A stretch of DNA of 52,230 nt from Reclinomonas americana ATCC 50394. Its lineage: Eukaryota. Positions 24,891 to 37,526 of the stretch are shown piece after piece. Position 1 is the first letter of the stretch, and the number at the start of each line of letters is the position of its first letter. The notes under the pieces were generated by a model, which worked only from the letters and a program-made list of their open reading frames with translations, made no database searches and was not told the DNA's origin. The DNA lies in assembly GCA_048213135.1 (NCBI GenBank), contig PS015016.1:192681-244910 (forward strand), given 5' to 3'. Position numbers and translations under genes: made by a program.

Positions 24891-24954
24891 TGCTCACGAG
24901 AATGAAGGGGAATGCGTGCAGGACATTTCATTGATCAATTGAGACTTGGGTGCG

Positions 24955-26372
24955 TCACTTCACGGCTCCGGTTCTAGCTTCCTCGTGCTCGTCGTGGTGG
25001 TGGTCGTTACGGTCCCGTCGGATCGCTCCTCCACGTCCTCGTCTACCACCTCCTCCTCTTCTTCCTCGACGATTTGCCTCTTGACCACCACGCGCTTGTA
25101 CTGCACAATTGTTTTGATCATGAGATGTTGCATGAACGGCGATGGGCAAGGAGGCGATTCGTGACGCAACTCGGCGGTGAATGGCTGTTCGCACTACGTT
25201 GCCGGCTGTGCGGAAGGAGACGGGGTGTTGCCGCGGGCTTGCACTCGCCTCGCGATGCGGGCTCCGACTTCGGTGCGGGCTCCGGCTGCCGCCTCGTGGA
25301 CTGCGTTCCGAGGGACTGAGGTCGGCGAAACTGCGCTCCAGCAGCTCCATCTCGTGATCCAACTCGTTCTCCAGCGTGCCCTCCTCGGGTAGCGGCAGCC
25401 GGAAGAGCGTGGCGGTGCCCGGGAACCTGCCAATCAACAATGAGACGTGCCATGCAAAAGTTGGCTCACGCTTGCACGACGGAACTTGAGATTGTGCACC
25501 GCCTGGCAGAACTGCGGGAACGTGAACATGTGGTCGGTCACACTGGCCGTGGCCCGCTGCACCTCATCCTCCACACTCGCAGGCGTCGCCGATTCACCTG
25601 TTAACAAAGCAATCAGCACTTCGCCGAAAAGGCACCCACATGCAGCACGACGAAACCTCGCGCGCGCCGAATGTGTCTGACCAAGTGCCGCAGCTCCGTG
25701 GCCTCCAACTTGCCGTCACCCTGCACCAACGCACCAATGGTGAGCGTTTCCCCCCTACTACAATTGTTTTCGAACACGCAACATTCACGTCGTACACCTG
25801 CGCACCACCACGCGGGCATCAGCGCAAAGCAGAAGAGGGAGGGGAGGGGAGGGAAGCAGATGCAACTCGGAAAATGTACTGCAGACGATCCTCACTGAGA
25901 TCGGCGTCGGAGTCAGGTGCACGAGGATCGACAGCCGCCAACCCTGCGCGAGAGTGGTGTGAGCAGTGTGAAGAGACTCCATTGTGAGCCACTGCCTCTC
26001 GCACCCAGCAGAAACTCGTTGGCATCAATAGATCCACTGCGGTCAAGATCAAACGCGGCAAAGTACTGCGCTCATGGCGTGAGTGAGAGCACACACACAG
26101 AGTGTGAGACAACTCATTTCATCACTCACACGCGGGCAGTACTTGCTGTTCACACCCCAGTGCACCATGAGACGAGTAAAGTCCACCAGCTGCATCTCCG
26201 GGCGACCATCAGTGGCCCACAAGAACGCGCTGCGCGATTCTCGAGTGTGTAAGAGAGAGAGAGAGAGTAAAGATGTGCGAGAGAGAGAGAGACTCAACTC
26301 GCGTGCTTTCTCCAGCTCCTCGCCAGTGAGCACCTGGAAGGGAGCTGCAGCTTCAATGCCCGATGAGGCCAT
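24955..26372 (-). CDS. EF-hand calcium-binding protein
   Basis: Spliced YFAAFDLDRSGSIDANEFLLGL and YIFRVYDVNGDGKLEATEL give two canonical EF loops. The 3' end is uncertain. Confidence 0.75.
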
Positions 26373-26436
26373 GGTTGGCGTGAGTGAGTGACGCAAAATG
26401 ACAATGAAATGCACACAGGACACGTTGTTCACTCAT

Positions 26437-26931
26437 TCACAGGGTGTGTTGGCGAGAGGAGGAGGAGTCACGGAGATGAAGAGCAATGGCCACGACAAGC
26501 AGCAGCGCAAAGAAGCCCGTTTGCGCCCAATACAGCGCAAAGACAGAGCTGACAGCGGCCAAGTCGGCTGACACGGTGACTGCGACCAGGCCGAGTACAG
26601 TCACCGACAAGGCGGTGAGTGCAACGGGGACAGCGGCCTTGTTGCGCGCTGCGTAGAGGAACAGAATGGCGTAGTTGATGACACAAAACGAGATGATCTT
26701 GTCTTGGTAGGCGTAGAATGGGGTGTCGTAGTACACAAAGAGCAGCGGGATCTTGAGGCTGAAGAAGTGCGCGGTGGCCATGAGGTAGAAGAAGGCCACG
26801 GAGATGAGGAGCAAAAGGCGGAGGAGAGGCGCGGGTGGTGTCGTCTCCGAGGCCTTTTTCGAGGGGCGGGAGAGGAGAATGGGCAGGCCGAGAGAGGCGG
26901 CCACGAGGGCGGCGAACAGTGCGGTCTCCAT
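26437..26931 (-). CDS. intronless multi-pass membrane protein
   Basis: 164-aa ORF with about five hydrophobic segments and the motif AHFFSLKIPLLFVYYDTPFYAYQDKIISF. Strong C/G third-position bias. Confidence 0.75.
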   Translation of the reverse strand: METALFAALVAASLGLPILLSRPSKKASETTPPAPLLRLLLLISVAFFYLMATAHFFSLKIPLLFVYYDTPFYAYQDKIISFCVINYAILFLYAARNKAAVPVALTALSVTVLGLVAVTVSADLAAVSSVFALYWAQTGFFALLLVVAIALHLRDSSSSRQHTL

Positions 26932-27072
26932 GGGGTGCGGAAGAGGGGGAAGAGAAGTGAGAGGGCGAGTTCCGACGGGACGAACACATTGATCACAAAG
27001 TACTCTTCCTATTAATTTAGCGACGAGAGGAAGGACAGAGGAGAGGATAGAGGAGGGAGAGAGAGAGAGGTG

Positions 27073-27528
27073 TCACATACGCAGGAGAGCCACGAGAATT
27101 ACGCGGAACGGCTCTCGCGCTCTCACAAAAGGCCACGCGAGGCTTTTCAGCCAGTTGGAGTGCTCTGTGTAGGCGGCGCTGAGGAACTCCATGCACTGCT
27201 CCTCGGTGGGTATCTCTGGCACTGTGCCCTCGGCCTGTGCGGCTCGGAGGGCCGCGCGTGCAGGAATGTAAGCGGAGGCGGCGTAGTCGATAATCGAACC
27301 CAGCAGCCACGCCGCACCGCCCCACCGGAATGCAGGGTGCTGCTTCTTGAACCACTTGACGAGTTCGCGCGACGCGCTGAACTCCTCGGTGACCTCGGCT
27401 GCTTTTGCGGTGTCGGAGAAGGTGCGGCGGAGGAGACTAGTACTGTTGACGTTGCCGGCGCCAGCGCGGGTGCGAAGAGGGGAGGGGGCGCTGCTGGCGA
27501 CCCGGCGGATTAGGGTGGCAAAGAACAT
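27073..27528 (-). CDS. hypothetical protein with mitochondrial-targeting-like N-terminus
   Basis: MFFATLIRRVASSAPSPLRTR...LLRRTFSD is R/S-rich and acid-free. Intronless ORF. Confidence 0.6.
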   Translation of the reverse strand: MFFATLIRRVASSAPSPLRTRAGAGNVNSTSLLRRTFSDTAKAAEVTEEFSASRELVKWFKKQHPAFRWGGAAWLLGSIIDYAASAYIPARAALRAAQAEGTVPEIPTEEQCMEFLSAAYTEHSNWLKSLAWPFVRAREPFRVILVALLRM

Positions 27529-27947
27529 GGTGTTGCGAGTTGCCTGCGCTCGATGGTGAAGTGGTGGGGTGGAAGATTGCGTTGGACAACAACGCGACAG
27601 ACGCGACAAATCCGAACCCGAACACGTCCAGCATGGACAGCACCAAGACATCTGCTGTGTGGACGAGACATGGCGGTGGTGGTGAGACGGAGACGCGGAG
27701 TCCACGCGCTTTCCCATTCGCGATATCGAACGAGGTCGAAGTTGTTTCTTGCAATACATTGACACTTGAAAAATGTTCTCCTCCGTGCCCGAGTGCTTCT
27801 CCTCTCTCTGCTACATGGATTTCTGGGGCTGCGTCCAGAATCCGCGCTGCTTCTCTTCCTTGTATCGCGAACTTCGAAGACGTACAATTGCTCGCTCGCC
27901 GAACTGTCCACCCTTACTACAATTTGCGGCGGCAGCGCGACACAACC

Positions 27948-29061
27948 ATGGCGATTGGGTGAGTCGCCAGACAGACATAACAGACAGGTGGCAGAGGGCA
28001 GACGCAGGAAGCGCACTGGCGTGTGCGTGTGGCGGTGGTGCGGGTGTGAGGGAGAGAGAAGTGTGTGGGCATGAACACATGCGCATGTCGGTGCCATGCA
28101 TGGCGCACAGCCCCTCTCCTCCCTTCTCGCCCGCCTCCCTCCTCCTGTGCACACGTGTATATGCGTATGGGTGGTGGAGAGGGAGAGTGCTCCAGTGCAA
28201 CACGTGCACTTTCTGCGAGTGTGAATGTGTGATTGATTGATGGAGACGATGGATGTGTGTGCGCTTGAGACTGCTGCCTCTCTCCCTCCGTCCCTCTCTC
28301 TCCCTCTCTCTTTCTTGTGCTCTTGTTGACAGAGTCACACGCACGACTTTTCCGCACACTGTGCCATGATCAGATCTCTCGATCACACCCGTCATCTTAC
28401 TTTCTCTCTCCAATCCCCATAACCCAGCATGCTCACCACTTGTGCGCCCTCCTTCCTCCTCCCATTAACAGAAAGAACCCGATGAAGAGCAAGTACACCA
28501 AGAAGGGGTCGAAGAAGAAAGTGTTGCGTGCCATGGCATGTCTGCTGTGCTCACTCGCTGCGCACTCACCCTTTTCTTCCCCTCCTCTCTTTCCTTCTTG
28601 GTTAATCGCCGCCAACAGCATTGACCCCTACTCACGCAAGGTGCGTTGTTTCTGTCGTTTGCTTGAGAATCTTAATGGAAGAGACTCGGGGTGTCACTCA
28701 CACTCGGTCTGTGCAGGAGTGGTACGACATCAAGGCCCCGGCTGTGTTCCGCGAGCGTGAGGCGTGCAAGACCATTGTGAACCGCACTGCCGGCACCAGT
28801 TGCGTCTGCGTGTACAGGGGGAAAAAGAGAAGCCGAATTGGGGCTAATCGCGCTTGCTTGCTTGTCCACAGAGATCGCCTCTGAGGCGCTGAAGGGCCGC
28901 GTGTTCGAGGTCAACCTCGGCGATTTGCACAAGAACCCCAACCTCGGCAACCGCAAGATCAAGCTGCGCGTGGAGGACGTCCAGGGCCGCGCCTGCCTCA
29001 CCAACTTCTACGGCATGGTGTTCACCACTGATCGCCTGCGCTCGCTCGTCCGCAAGTTTCG
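27948..29061 (+). CDS. RPS3A: 40S ribosomal protein S3a/eS1 (N-terminal part; remainder lost at gap)
   Basis: [36 protein letters not shown]...[29 protein letters not shown]...[36 protein letters not shown]. Confidence 0.97.
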
Positions 29062-30145
29062 TGGGCGCGATAGGAGAAGGGGGATGAGGGCGAAGAGTGG
29101 GAAAGAGAGAAGAAGATCGGTTCTTATCTTTCGTGACGGCTTTTGTTTCGTTGCCGTGTTCTCTTCGGACTTCGTAGGTGCTGAGACTGATCTCTCTCTC
29201 TCTCTTGTGAATCTGTCTGTTACCCTTCTTTGTTGACTGCTGGGCTGATGTTCGTGGTCTTACTTGCCGTCAGTCTCTCTTGCCTCTGTTTCTTGTCTCC
29301 GTCGTTGTAGTCTGCACGCGTTTCATATTTTCCATTCATACTCCACTCCCCCTTGTTACACTCGTCCAATTTGGGCCACTTTCTCCCTTTGTGCAACGTG
29401 TACGCGCTTCACTTCCTCATTTCAGTGCTTGTTTTCTGTTTGCCCCCCGTCTTTGTGGACTCCGTCTTCTTCTGCGCACATGGCTCATTTCTTCTTTCGT
29501 GCTCTGTTTGTGGCTCTCTTTTATTGACTCTTGTCTCTGCTCTCCTCTCTCAGTACAACTTGCACGTGTTCATCTTCTGTTGCATGTTTGCTCTCTGTTC
29601 CCCCTCTCTCTTTGTTGATCTAGTCTCTCTAATCTGCACACCTGGCAGCTTCTCTTCCTTTCGTTCGGTCTCTCCTCTCGAGTCCTGTTCCTCTTCTCAT
29701 TCGTTGCATCGCGTGTGTGCGCATCCTTCCTCCTCCTGTTAGTCACACCGCAGCTTCTGTGCCTTCTCTCTTTCTCTCTCTCTCTCTCTCTTCCCCCTCT
29801 CCCTCTTCCCTCCCACTCCCTTCCCCTCTCTCCATCTCTCTCTTCCCCTCCCCNNNNNNNNNNNNNNNNNNNNGTCGCCGTGAGCCAGCCGCTGCAATAT
29901 ATCGAAACCAGAAACATCAACAGGTGGGGGGGGGGGGGGGGGGGAAGTACATTGTTGACAGTGAGTCGTGAAGAAAGACAGCGCGGTGGGAGATGATATA
30001 TAGTAAAGATTACACATTTAACGAGGCGGCCGCAGAAGCCGATGTCCATAGACGACCGCTTGTCAACAGTCGGGAACGCTCGCCAACTTCGATGTCCTGA
30101 TCATGAGCTGTATTGTTGTGAGAGTCAGCAACAAACACACCGAAA

Positions 30146-32792
30146 TCAGTGGCGCAAATAAACATCACCTGCGCTCCAATTGTCACTTGGAGTGTCTTCG
30201 GCGATCTCCTTCTGCTTATTTCGAGCCAGCTTCTGAAGGCGATTTCGAATTGACTGCGAAATCCCCTGGTGCAACCCAGAGATGAACTCGGACTCCTTCA
30301 GCAGAAACTTCTTGACCAGCATCATGATCAACACGACCAGCGAGCACACGGTCGCGTAATGCTCAGCTGACTGCAGCTGAGCATCATCCAATGTGGCTTG
30401 TGCATGGCTCTCCAGTACGAACACTTCAATCTGCAGTCCAAGGGGCACTAAAATCATGGCAAGGCAGAATGCCAAGTATGCCACACGGCCGACGATCAAC
30501 TCCAGCGACCGTGGACGCGGAGCAAGTCGATACTTGACTTCGCTGCGCAGAGCGGAAGCGAGTGCATCGATGGAGGCAAGCAACACGACCACCAGCGAGA
30601 TGTCCGTGAGGCGTCGCGTATACAGCGGTACGACCTTGACCATATCGATGACGTGCAAAGCATTCACGCAAGAGTAAACTACGAGATAACCCATGGTGTA
30701 TCTCACTGCCATCGCCAAAACAATTGAGTATTGCAGTCAAACAAGCCTGCAAACAGTGATGATGATGGGCAACAACTCACCGAGTGCGGGGATCCACTTC
30801 ACGTTCCAGTCTGCAACTTGAAACAGAGGGGTCGTGTCGACCAAGTCCTTCAGTGAGATGTTGGTCATCATCCATACTGCCGCAGAGAAAAACAGCCAGG
30901 CAGTGTTTGACATGAATACAGCAGCAACAGCTTGGATATCCTTAAGCACCAGAATTGCGACGAGAAACGCTCCCGTCCCTACAACGTGCAAGCAGAAGTT
31001 GTGCAACACCGAGATCACGAAACGAAGGAGCAGTCGTAGCAATACAACGGTGATACTCTGGGCCTGGAGGCACTTGTCCGTTGCTTTCCTCAACAACCTG
31101 CAATCGTCTACGTCAGATAGACTGAAATTGACTAATGCTTCGAACCGACACAAGAATACAGCATACCACAAGAGCACTGTTAGAATCAGCATAGCTGATG
31201 GGAAGACTATGACTGCGTACATCATTGTAACGCCCATGGCAAGTATCTCGTTCAAGAAACTGAAAAACCCAGTGGTGTGGCACTGTTTGTTGTTAAACAC
31301 TGTCCACGCAGCAGCATCGCACTGGTGCAACGCAGGCAAGAGGCCGTTCATGGCAAATGTGCACTTGCCAGTGTTGGCGTTTGGTGGTGCAGTACACCAA
31401 GCGCATGGCCCTGCACGCCCGTAAGCTGAACACCCAGATTCCGACAATGACTGACAGTCATCAAAAGTCAATGCTGTCGGACAGTCGACGTTCCCCTTCA
31501 GGTTCTTGCTGAAGGAGCTTGATGCAAGAGCATAGATCAATAGCAACGCAAGAAAGCCTCCACCCACAAACGTTATCACAATGCAGGTAATCGCCATGAC
31601 GGTATGGCAACTGCATCCGCCAGTGGATCTGACTTTATCGATACGCTTCCGCCAGGAAGAGCACCTACAGCAACAGCCGAAAATGTGAACCAGATACCTG
31701 GCAGGTAGATCCAGCGGAAAGGTTGTGCTTGACTCCTGTTTTGCGAAGACCTTGAGTCGTACATCATTCAGTGCAACACTGACGCCATCCACTGTGATCG
31801 TTGACTTGCTATCAAGTGGCTCTGCACCCCGCAGGTGAGTACAGAGAACAAGAACCATGTGCTCGTGCTGGACATTGACTTACCATTGTGGCACTTGATG
31901 AGGCTCTCGAGAACCTGCTGACGCTGAGCCTCGTCCAGTCGCAGCTGGCTCAACAGCCCGTAGAAACGACCGGTACGCACAGTTCGCGCACCAAGCATAT
32001 CGTGGAACCACTCCGAGCTTCGAACAGGATTTCCCTCGTGCACGAACAGGTTGCGGAGATCTTGGATCGCCTCAACGACGTTCAGCTGCCGACAGCAGAA
32101 AGTGTGTGTGCGAGACCGTCAAAGACAATTAATTGCGGCACTAACACACACACACACACACACACACCTCAGCCTGGTCTTCTGGGTCCGCAGGATCCAG
32201 AAGTCTGGCAATCCTGCCGCTGCTGAGATCCCTGGTGGCGAGATGAAGCAAAATGCTCGTGCACGCTGTGATATCGACATCGGGATTGGGAACTTGACTA
32301 GATCCAGCAGCTGCGGATGGAGCCGCAGCGGAAGACGGCGAGTGTCCGAGTGCGCGCCACCACACCAGCAGAATCTCCACTGCTTCATGCGACAGCTTCG
32401 ATCCCCGAGTCTTGCGATCCACGTTTACGATCGTGCTGCAAGATATCATCCGCGTGAGTGGAATGGCTCGGTACAAGCATACAGGCACCACAGGCAGACC
32501 GTTGATCACGATGGGGATTGTTGAGTTCGAATTCCCACTGCTGGATATGCTCCTCTGGATCAATGTTGCATTCACGAAGGAACGATGGCAGCAGTGTAGC
32601 GACGCGGCTCTGCAACGCGAACGTCACTGGACGCGCAAGTGTCAGATACGTCCGCAGTCCAAGTTCCTGCCTCTGCGCCTCATCGTCCACACGCTGGGCA
32701 CTGTTTGCACACACATTGAGCACACACAGCGCATCATGTTCAAAACGCAGTCGCTGTGCAACGCACCTCTCGACGTCGTCATTATCGCTCAT
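30146..32792 (-). CDS. large multi-pass membrane protein with Cys-rich loop, unknown family
   Basis: Linked ORFs from MSDNDDVER... through ORFs 30737-31858 and 30146-30718. Many TM segments and a CSAYG..CAWC..GKC loop. Boundaries approximate. Confidence 0.55.
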
Positions 32793-33037
32793 GGTGCTGC
32801 GGAAGCGAAGTGGCTGTGTTCCCCTGCCAGACAAATGTTGTGCGCAAAGAGGCGGTGTCGTCGCGTTGTCAGGAACGCAATCCCGACGACACGCAAGCTC
32901 CGCCGTCGTTCTCGAACATCCCGGCTGCTGGGGCTGCACAGACTGCTGAGGTGGCCCTCACCAGCCTTGCGTTTGCGTCGCCACACAACGACGACAAAAC
33001 GAACAGGACTTTTTCTGCGCGACGTTTGTTGCATAAA

Positions 33038-33751
33038 ATGCTAGAGCGGAGCGACGATCGCGCCCAACGACGCGTCATCCGCGATTTCCGCAAGCTCATC
33101 AAAGCAGTGCGCGGGTTTGCCATTCAGAAAATCACACGGCAGCGCAAGAAACGCGTGGAGGGCGGCGAGGTGCATTCTCTCCCGCTCTCTACCTCACCTC
33201 TCTCCTTTCCTCTCTCACCACTCTCCACGTACACAGAACGCCGCCACCTCCCGCGGTATCGCCCACCTAGACTTCCACCACGCTCTCCTCCGCGCCGCTC
33301 GTGTCACCGACGCCTTTTGCCTCGCCGTGCTGGCCTTTGCCCGCTCGCGATCCCGCGCCGCTCGTCGACACTGGAAGCAGTGTGAGCGTGGCAAGAGCGA
33401 GGGCGAAGACGACGACAACGACTCTGACGACGAAGCTGCAAACGAGAGTGGTGGTGGTGGCAGTGTGCTTCCACGGTGTGCGGCCAAGCGAGTGGCACGA
33501 GCGCTGGCCGCCGAGCAGCGTGTGCGGGACTTTATCGAGGAGCACGGGGAGCTGTTGCCGCCGTCCACCACGGAGAGCGAGGACGAGCGAGAGTCGTGGC
33601 CGGAGGGAGTGACGCATGTGTCGTGGTGGGTGTCGGAGGTGTCGTGGGGTTCCGTGATTAGTGAGACTCATTGCTCTGTTCGTGAATTAGGCTGTGTGCG
33701 CGACAGCAGCAGAGTCGGATGGCGCTGGAGAAGCGGCGACGCAAGCGGTGA
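33038..33751 (+). CDS. hypothetical basic/acidic protein (weak Bud22/SRFBP1-like N-terminus)
   Basis: MLERSDDRAQRRVIRDFRKLIKAVRGFAIQKITRQRK, spliced to end ...MALEKRRRKR*. Confidence 0.45.
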
Positions 33752-34076
33752 TGCACTCTCTCTGAGGCGGAAGGCGAAAGAAGAGGGAGCTATGCAGCCT
33801 CTCGGCGGCAGTCGAACGACGAGCCGGGCGCCACACCTCGCATGGATTGGCCAGTGCGACGTGTTTGTGGAACTCGCCACCGCCACACAGTTGTTCACGT
33901 TGATTGAGTGAACTCTATCACAACTGTACACCACGTTCCCTTCACTCTCGCAGTCATCGTTTGCGCATGGATCGGCCAGCGACGTGTGCCATGCAGTTGA
34001 TCACGTTGAGCGAGTGAACTTCTTCACACCCTACGACCTAACTGTACACCTCATGCCCTTCACTGTCACACTCCGA

Positions 34077-35018
34077 TCACTTGCGATACGCCAGGAAATC
34101 GTCGGCAAGTGCGCCCGGTGCACCTGGCCGCTGGGGCGCTGCGAAGCCACACAACTCTCTGAGAAAAGGACTCGCAGAATGCACAGCAGTGAAACAAACT
34201 TACCTGGAGGAGCTGCTGCAACTGGGGCTGCTGCTGCTGCTGGTGCCGAGGCGGCTGGCGGCAAGTAAATCCGCGACGGATCCTGTATGCACGTGCGACT
34301 GTCAGAGATGCGCGCACACAACTAAAACAGCAAGAAGCACACACATTGGGATCGACGTAGGCTTGCGGGGCCGAGGCGGCAGCGGCCGCCGATGACTGTG
34401 CTGCTGACGGCGCAGCGGGTGCGGAGGCAGCCACTGCTCATAGAAGGATGAGACTGCTGGCAACGATCTTCGTCTGCGAGTTCACGAGCATACCTTGCTG
34501 CACGGGCGGCGGTGCAATCGGCTCCGGGTTGTACCGCATGTGGGGTTGCATGGCCTGTGCCGTCGTCAGCGCGTGAGTGACCAATATCTTCTCTCTCCTT
34601 GCTTCCCAGGCCCTTCTTCCCTCCTTTCTCCGTTGTCTCCCTCACTGCCACTCTCAACCTTTCTTCTATCCCTCTTCCTCTTCTTCTCTCGATTTTCTCT
34701 CCTCGTGCTCTCCCCTATTTACCTTCCTCACTCCCCACGATCCCATTCACGCAATCCCTCTTCATCTATCTATTTTCTCTCCCAGGTCATTCTATTCTCC
34801 CTTCCTTCGTTGTCTCTCGTTATCGCTGCCACTCACCACCTTTCTCTTTTTCACTTCCGTTCTCTGATCTCTTTCCTCTTCCTCGTCCTCTTTCTCTCTC
34901 CATCTCCACCTTCGTCTCGAACTCTTCCGTCCCTTATCCTCATCTATATTAACTCTCCTTACTCTTTCTCCTCCGTTCTCTCTCNNNNNNNNNNNNNNNN
35001 NNNNTCTCTCTACTCTAT

Positions 35019-35078
<60 letters not shown>

Positions 35079-36191
35079 ACTGAATTCCGACCAACTTCGA
35101 CTTCTTCTTTTTCTCTCTCTTTCACTCACTTCCACTCAACCTCTCTTTCTACATTATCTCTCCTTACTCTCCCCAGGTCTTTCCTTCCTTTCTTCCTTTC
35201 TTTCCCCTTGTCCTCTCGCCCACCTTCCTCTTTCACCCTTCCATCCCTTTCTCTAATTCTCCCTTCCTCCCCCAAACGCAACAACCACAGCCGGCTCATA
35301 TGCTCCCACACCATAGCCGTCGACCATGGCAATGATATGCACTGGCGCGTTGGTGGTCGGGATCTGCACACCTGCGCCGATGCAAGTCTCTCGTCAGCAG
35401 GAAAAAAACATGCAATAAAACAGGAACAGCAACGTACCAAATCGCGCAGCTGCAACAACGCAAACAGAAAAACATAGGAGTGAGAAACAAACACACCCCA
35501 TGAGACGACACGAACACAGACCGCCAATGGCATGGATCATATTCTCGAACACATCGCCTGCACCGCCTTTCACGAACTGCAAGCGCGCGCGCGCGAGACA
35601 ACCGCAATGAGCACCTCATATCATCTCAACACACACAAGCATGCATACCTTGATAGAGAACTTGGCAGTGTCTCCATACAATCCGCGGTTGTCCACCTGT
35701 CTCCACACTGAGCAATGATCGCGCATCAAAAAACACACTTGCAAGAATAGGTGCCCGCACCACTCGCACACTGCCAGTGATCTTGTTGCTGCCAAACAGC
35801 GGCTGCTTCAGTGTCTCATTGGTGATGCCCACCAGCGGCAACTCGACAGCAGTGAAGCCGGGGTCGTCTTGCGGAATGTACACCACTCGGAAGCTGAACA
35901 CACATACGCAATCAGAGACAACACACACACACTCTCTCACACACAGAACAGCAGTTCGCGCGCAACGTGGTGACATAGACGGCGCCTCTCTTGCTGAGGT
36001 ACTTGGCACGCAGTCGCGCCTCTCCGTCCTCCTCCAGCTCAAACTCCACGTGTGGTGACATGTACAGGAAGCTGACAGAGGGCGCGCATGAGAGGCAGGA
36101 AAAGCGCATAAGGAGAGCTCACAACACACACACACCGTTCGCCTTCATAGTACACAGGCTCGCCACCTTGTGTGGGCGAGTTGAGCGCCAT
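34077..36191 (-). CDS. WBP2-like GRAM/PH-domain protein
   Basis: MALNSPTQGGEPVYYEGERF...GAVYVTTFRVVY...LKQPLFGSNKITG...FVKGGAG, with the tail motif AYVDPNDPSRIYL. Confidence 0.8.
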
Positions 36192-36252
36192 TGCTCTCAC
36201 AGACAAGACAACGATGATTTGGCAGTCAGTGCTCGCCTTCTATTGTGCTCTG

Positions 36253-37277
36253 ATGGAAGATGGGGTGGTGGAGTCGGCCATGGAGCTCTTCTCCAGCACA
36301 TGCGAGGCCGAGGCCACTGCTCTCCCACCAACACCAGCAGTGGTGGTGCTGAAACGAACACCAGCGCGCGTTGTGCGTCGATTGTATGCTTTGCTGAGTG
36401 CATTGGATCGCGTGTTTGGCGAGGTGCGTGTGCGCGTGTGTGTGGACGCGATGCACAGTACGGTGCGGTTAAGCTCGATCGCTCAGCTGGGCATTGCGTA
36501 CTGGGCGACGGGAGGCACGATCTTGGGCGCGCTCCGACATGGTGGTCTCATTCCGTGGGACGATGATGCAGGTGCGAAGAAGGCGGATCGACGCGAGTGG
36601 TCGTCTGTGTGCTGATTGATGATCGCTGGCAGACATCTGTGTGTTTGATACGGTGGTCGAATCGCTTCTGTTGCCGCATGCACGACCGCGATTGGAGCAC
36701 GAGCATGACAGTTGCTTCCATCACCGATCCTTGCTTGTCTTGCAGCTTCCGTGCTCAATCGCGCAGTTCGACTGGTGGAGGCACCGTTCGGGTGGCGCGC
36801 GTTTCATGCTGTCGAGTCCGACGAGATTGTCGAGGATCCGCTGGCGACGCATCGCTTCCCGTTTGTCGATATTTGGGTGTTCACCGACGGCCCGCCACGC
36901 AAGCGGTGTCGATTGGCGGTGAAGAGCAGTCGCGTGTGTTGGCCACATGAATGGCTCGGGGCGTCTTCTCCTTCTGCGTGCGGAGCTTGATGTGGGTGAG
37001 CTGACACTAATGCAGGTTTGAGAACGATGGTGTCGCGCGTGCCGAGCGACGCTGCTTTGGCGATCTGCACGTGCCGGTGCCGCTCGACGCCGAGGCATAC
37101 CTCGATCGGTACATTGGCGAGGAGTGGCGCGAGTGGGGTGCGTCGCCCACCTACGATCACATTCGACGCAAGTGGACAACTCCCGTGCGCTTCCGACTGC
37201 AACCGCAGCACTTGCGACCGGCATCCACACGCGACGAGGACGACGACGATGATGATGTGCTACGCGATGCATTATAG
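36253..37277 (+). CDS. LicD-family (fukutin/FKRP-like) nucleotidyltransferase
   Basis: [32 protein letters not shown] and VPVPLDAEAYLDRYIG. The start codon is uncertain (36214 is possible). Confidence 0.88.
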
Positions 37278-37515
37278 GCAACTGTTTATGATTCTTCCTC
37301 TTCTGTGTGTGAGCCGGCGTCCACACGCGACGAGGAGGACGACGACGACGACGACGATGATGTGCTACGCGATGCATTATAGGCGACTGTTTATGATTCT
37401 TCCTCCTCTGTGCGTGAGCCGGCATCCACACGCGACGAGGACGACGACGACGATGATGATGTGCTACGTGATGCATTATAGGCGACTGTTTATGATTTTT
37501 CCTCTTCTGTGTGAG
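37218..37515 (+). repeat. tandem triplication of about 100 bp spanning the LicD stop codon
   Basis: Units start at 37218, 37314 and 37419: ccggc(a/g)tccacacgcgacgagg..gatgatgtgctacg(c/t)gatgcattatagg...gtgag. Confidence 0.95.
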
Positions 37516-37526
37516 TAGTAGCTACG

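Noticed and set aside
27959-28471. Intronic snoRNA in the long first intron of RPS3A
   Set aside because: No convincing C box (RTGATGA) plus D box (CTGA) pair with a terminal stem, and no H/ACA layout, could be seen by eye.
37218-37515. CRISPR-like array (also considered for 48982-49390)
   Set aside because: Head-to-tail tandem repeats without unique spacers, no cas genes, and eukaryotic context.
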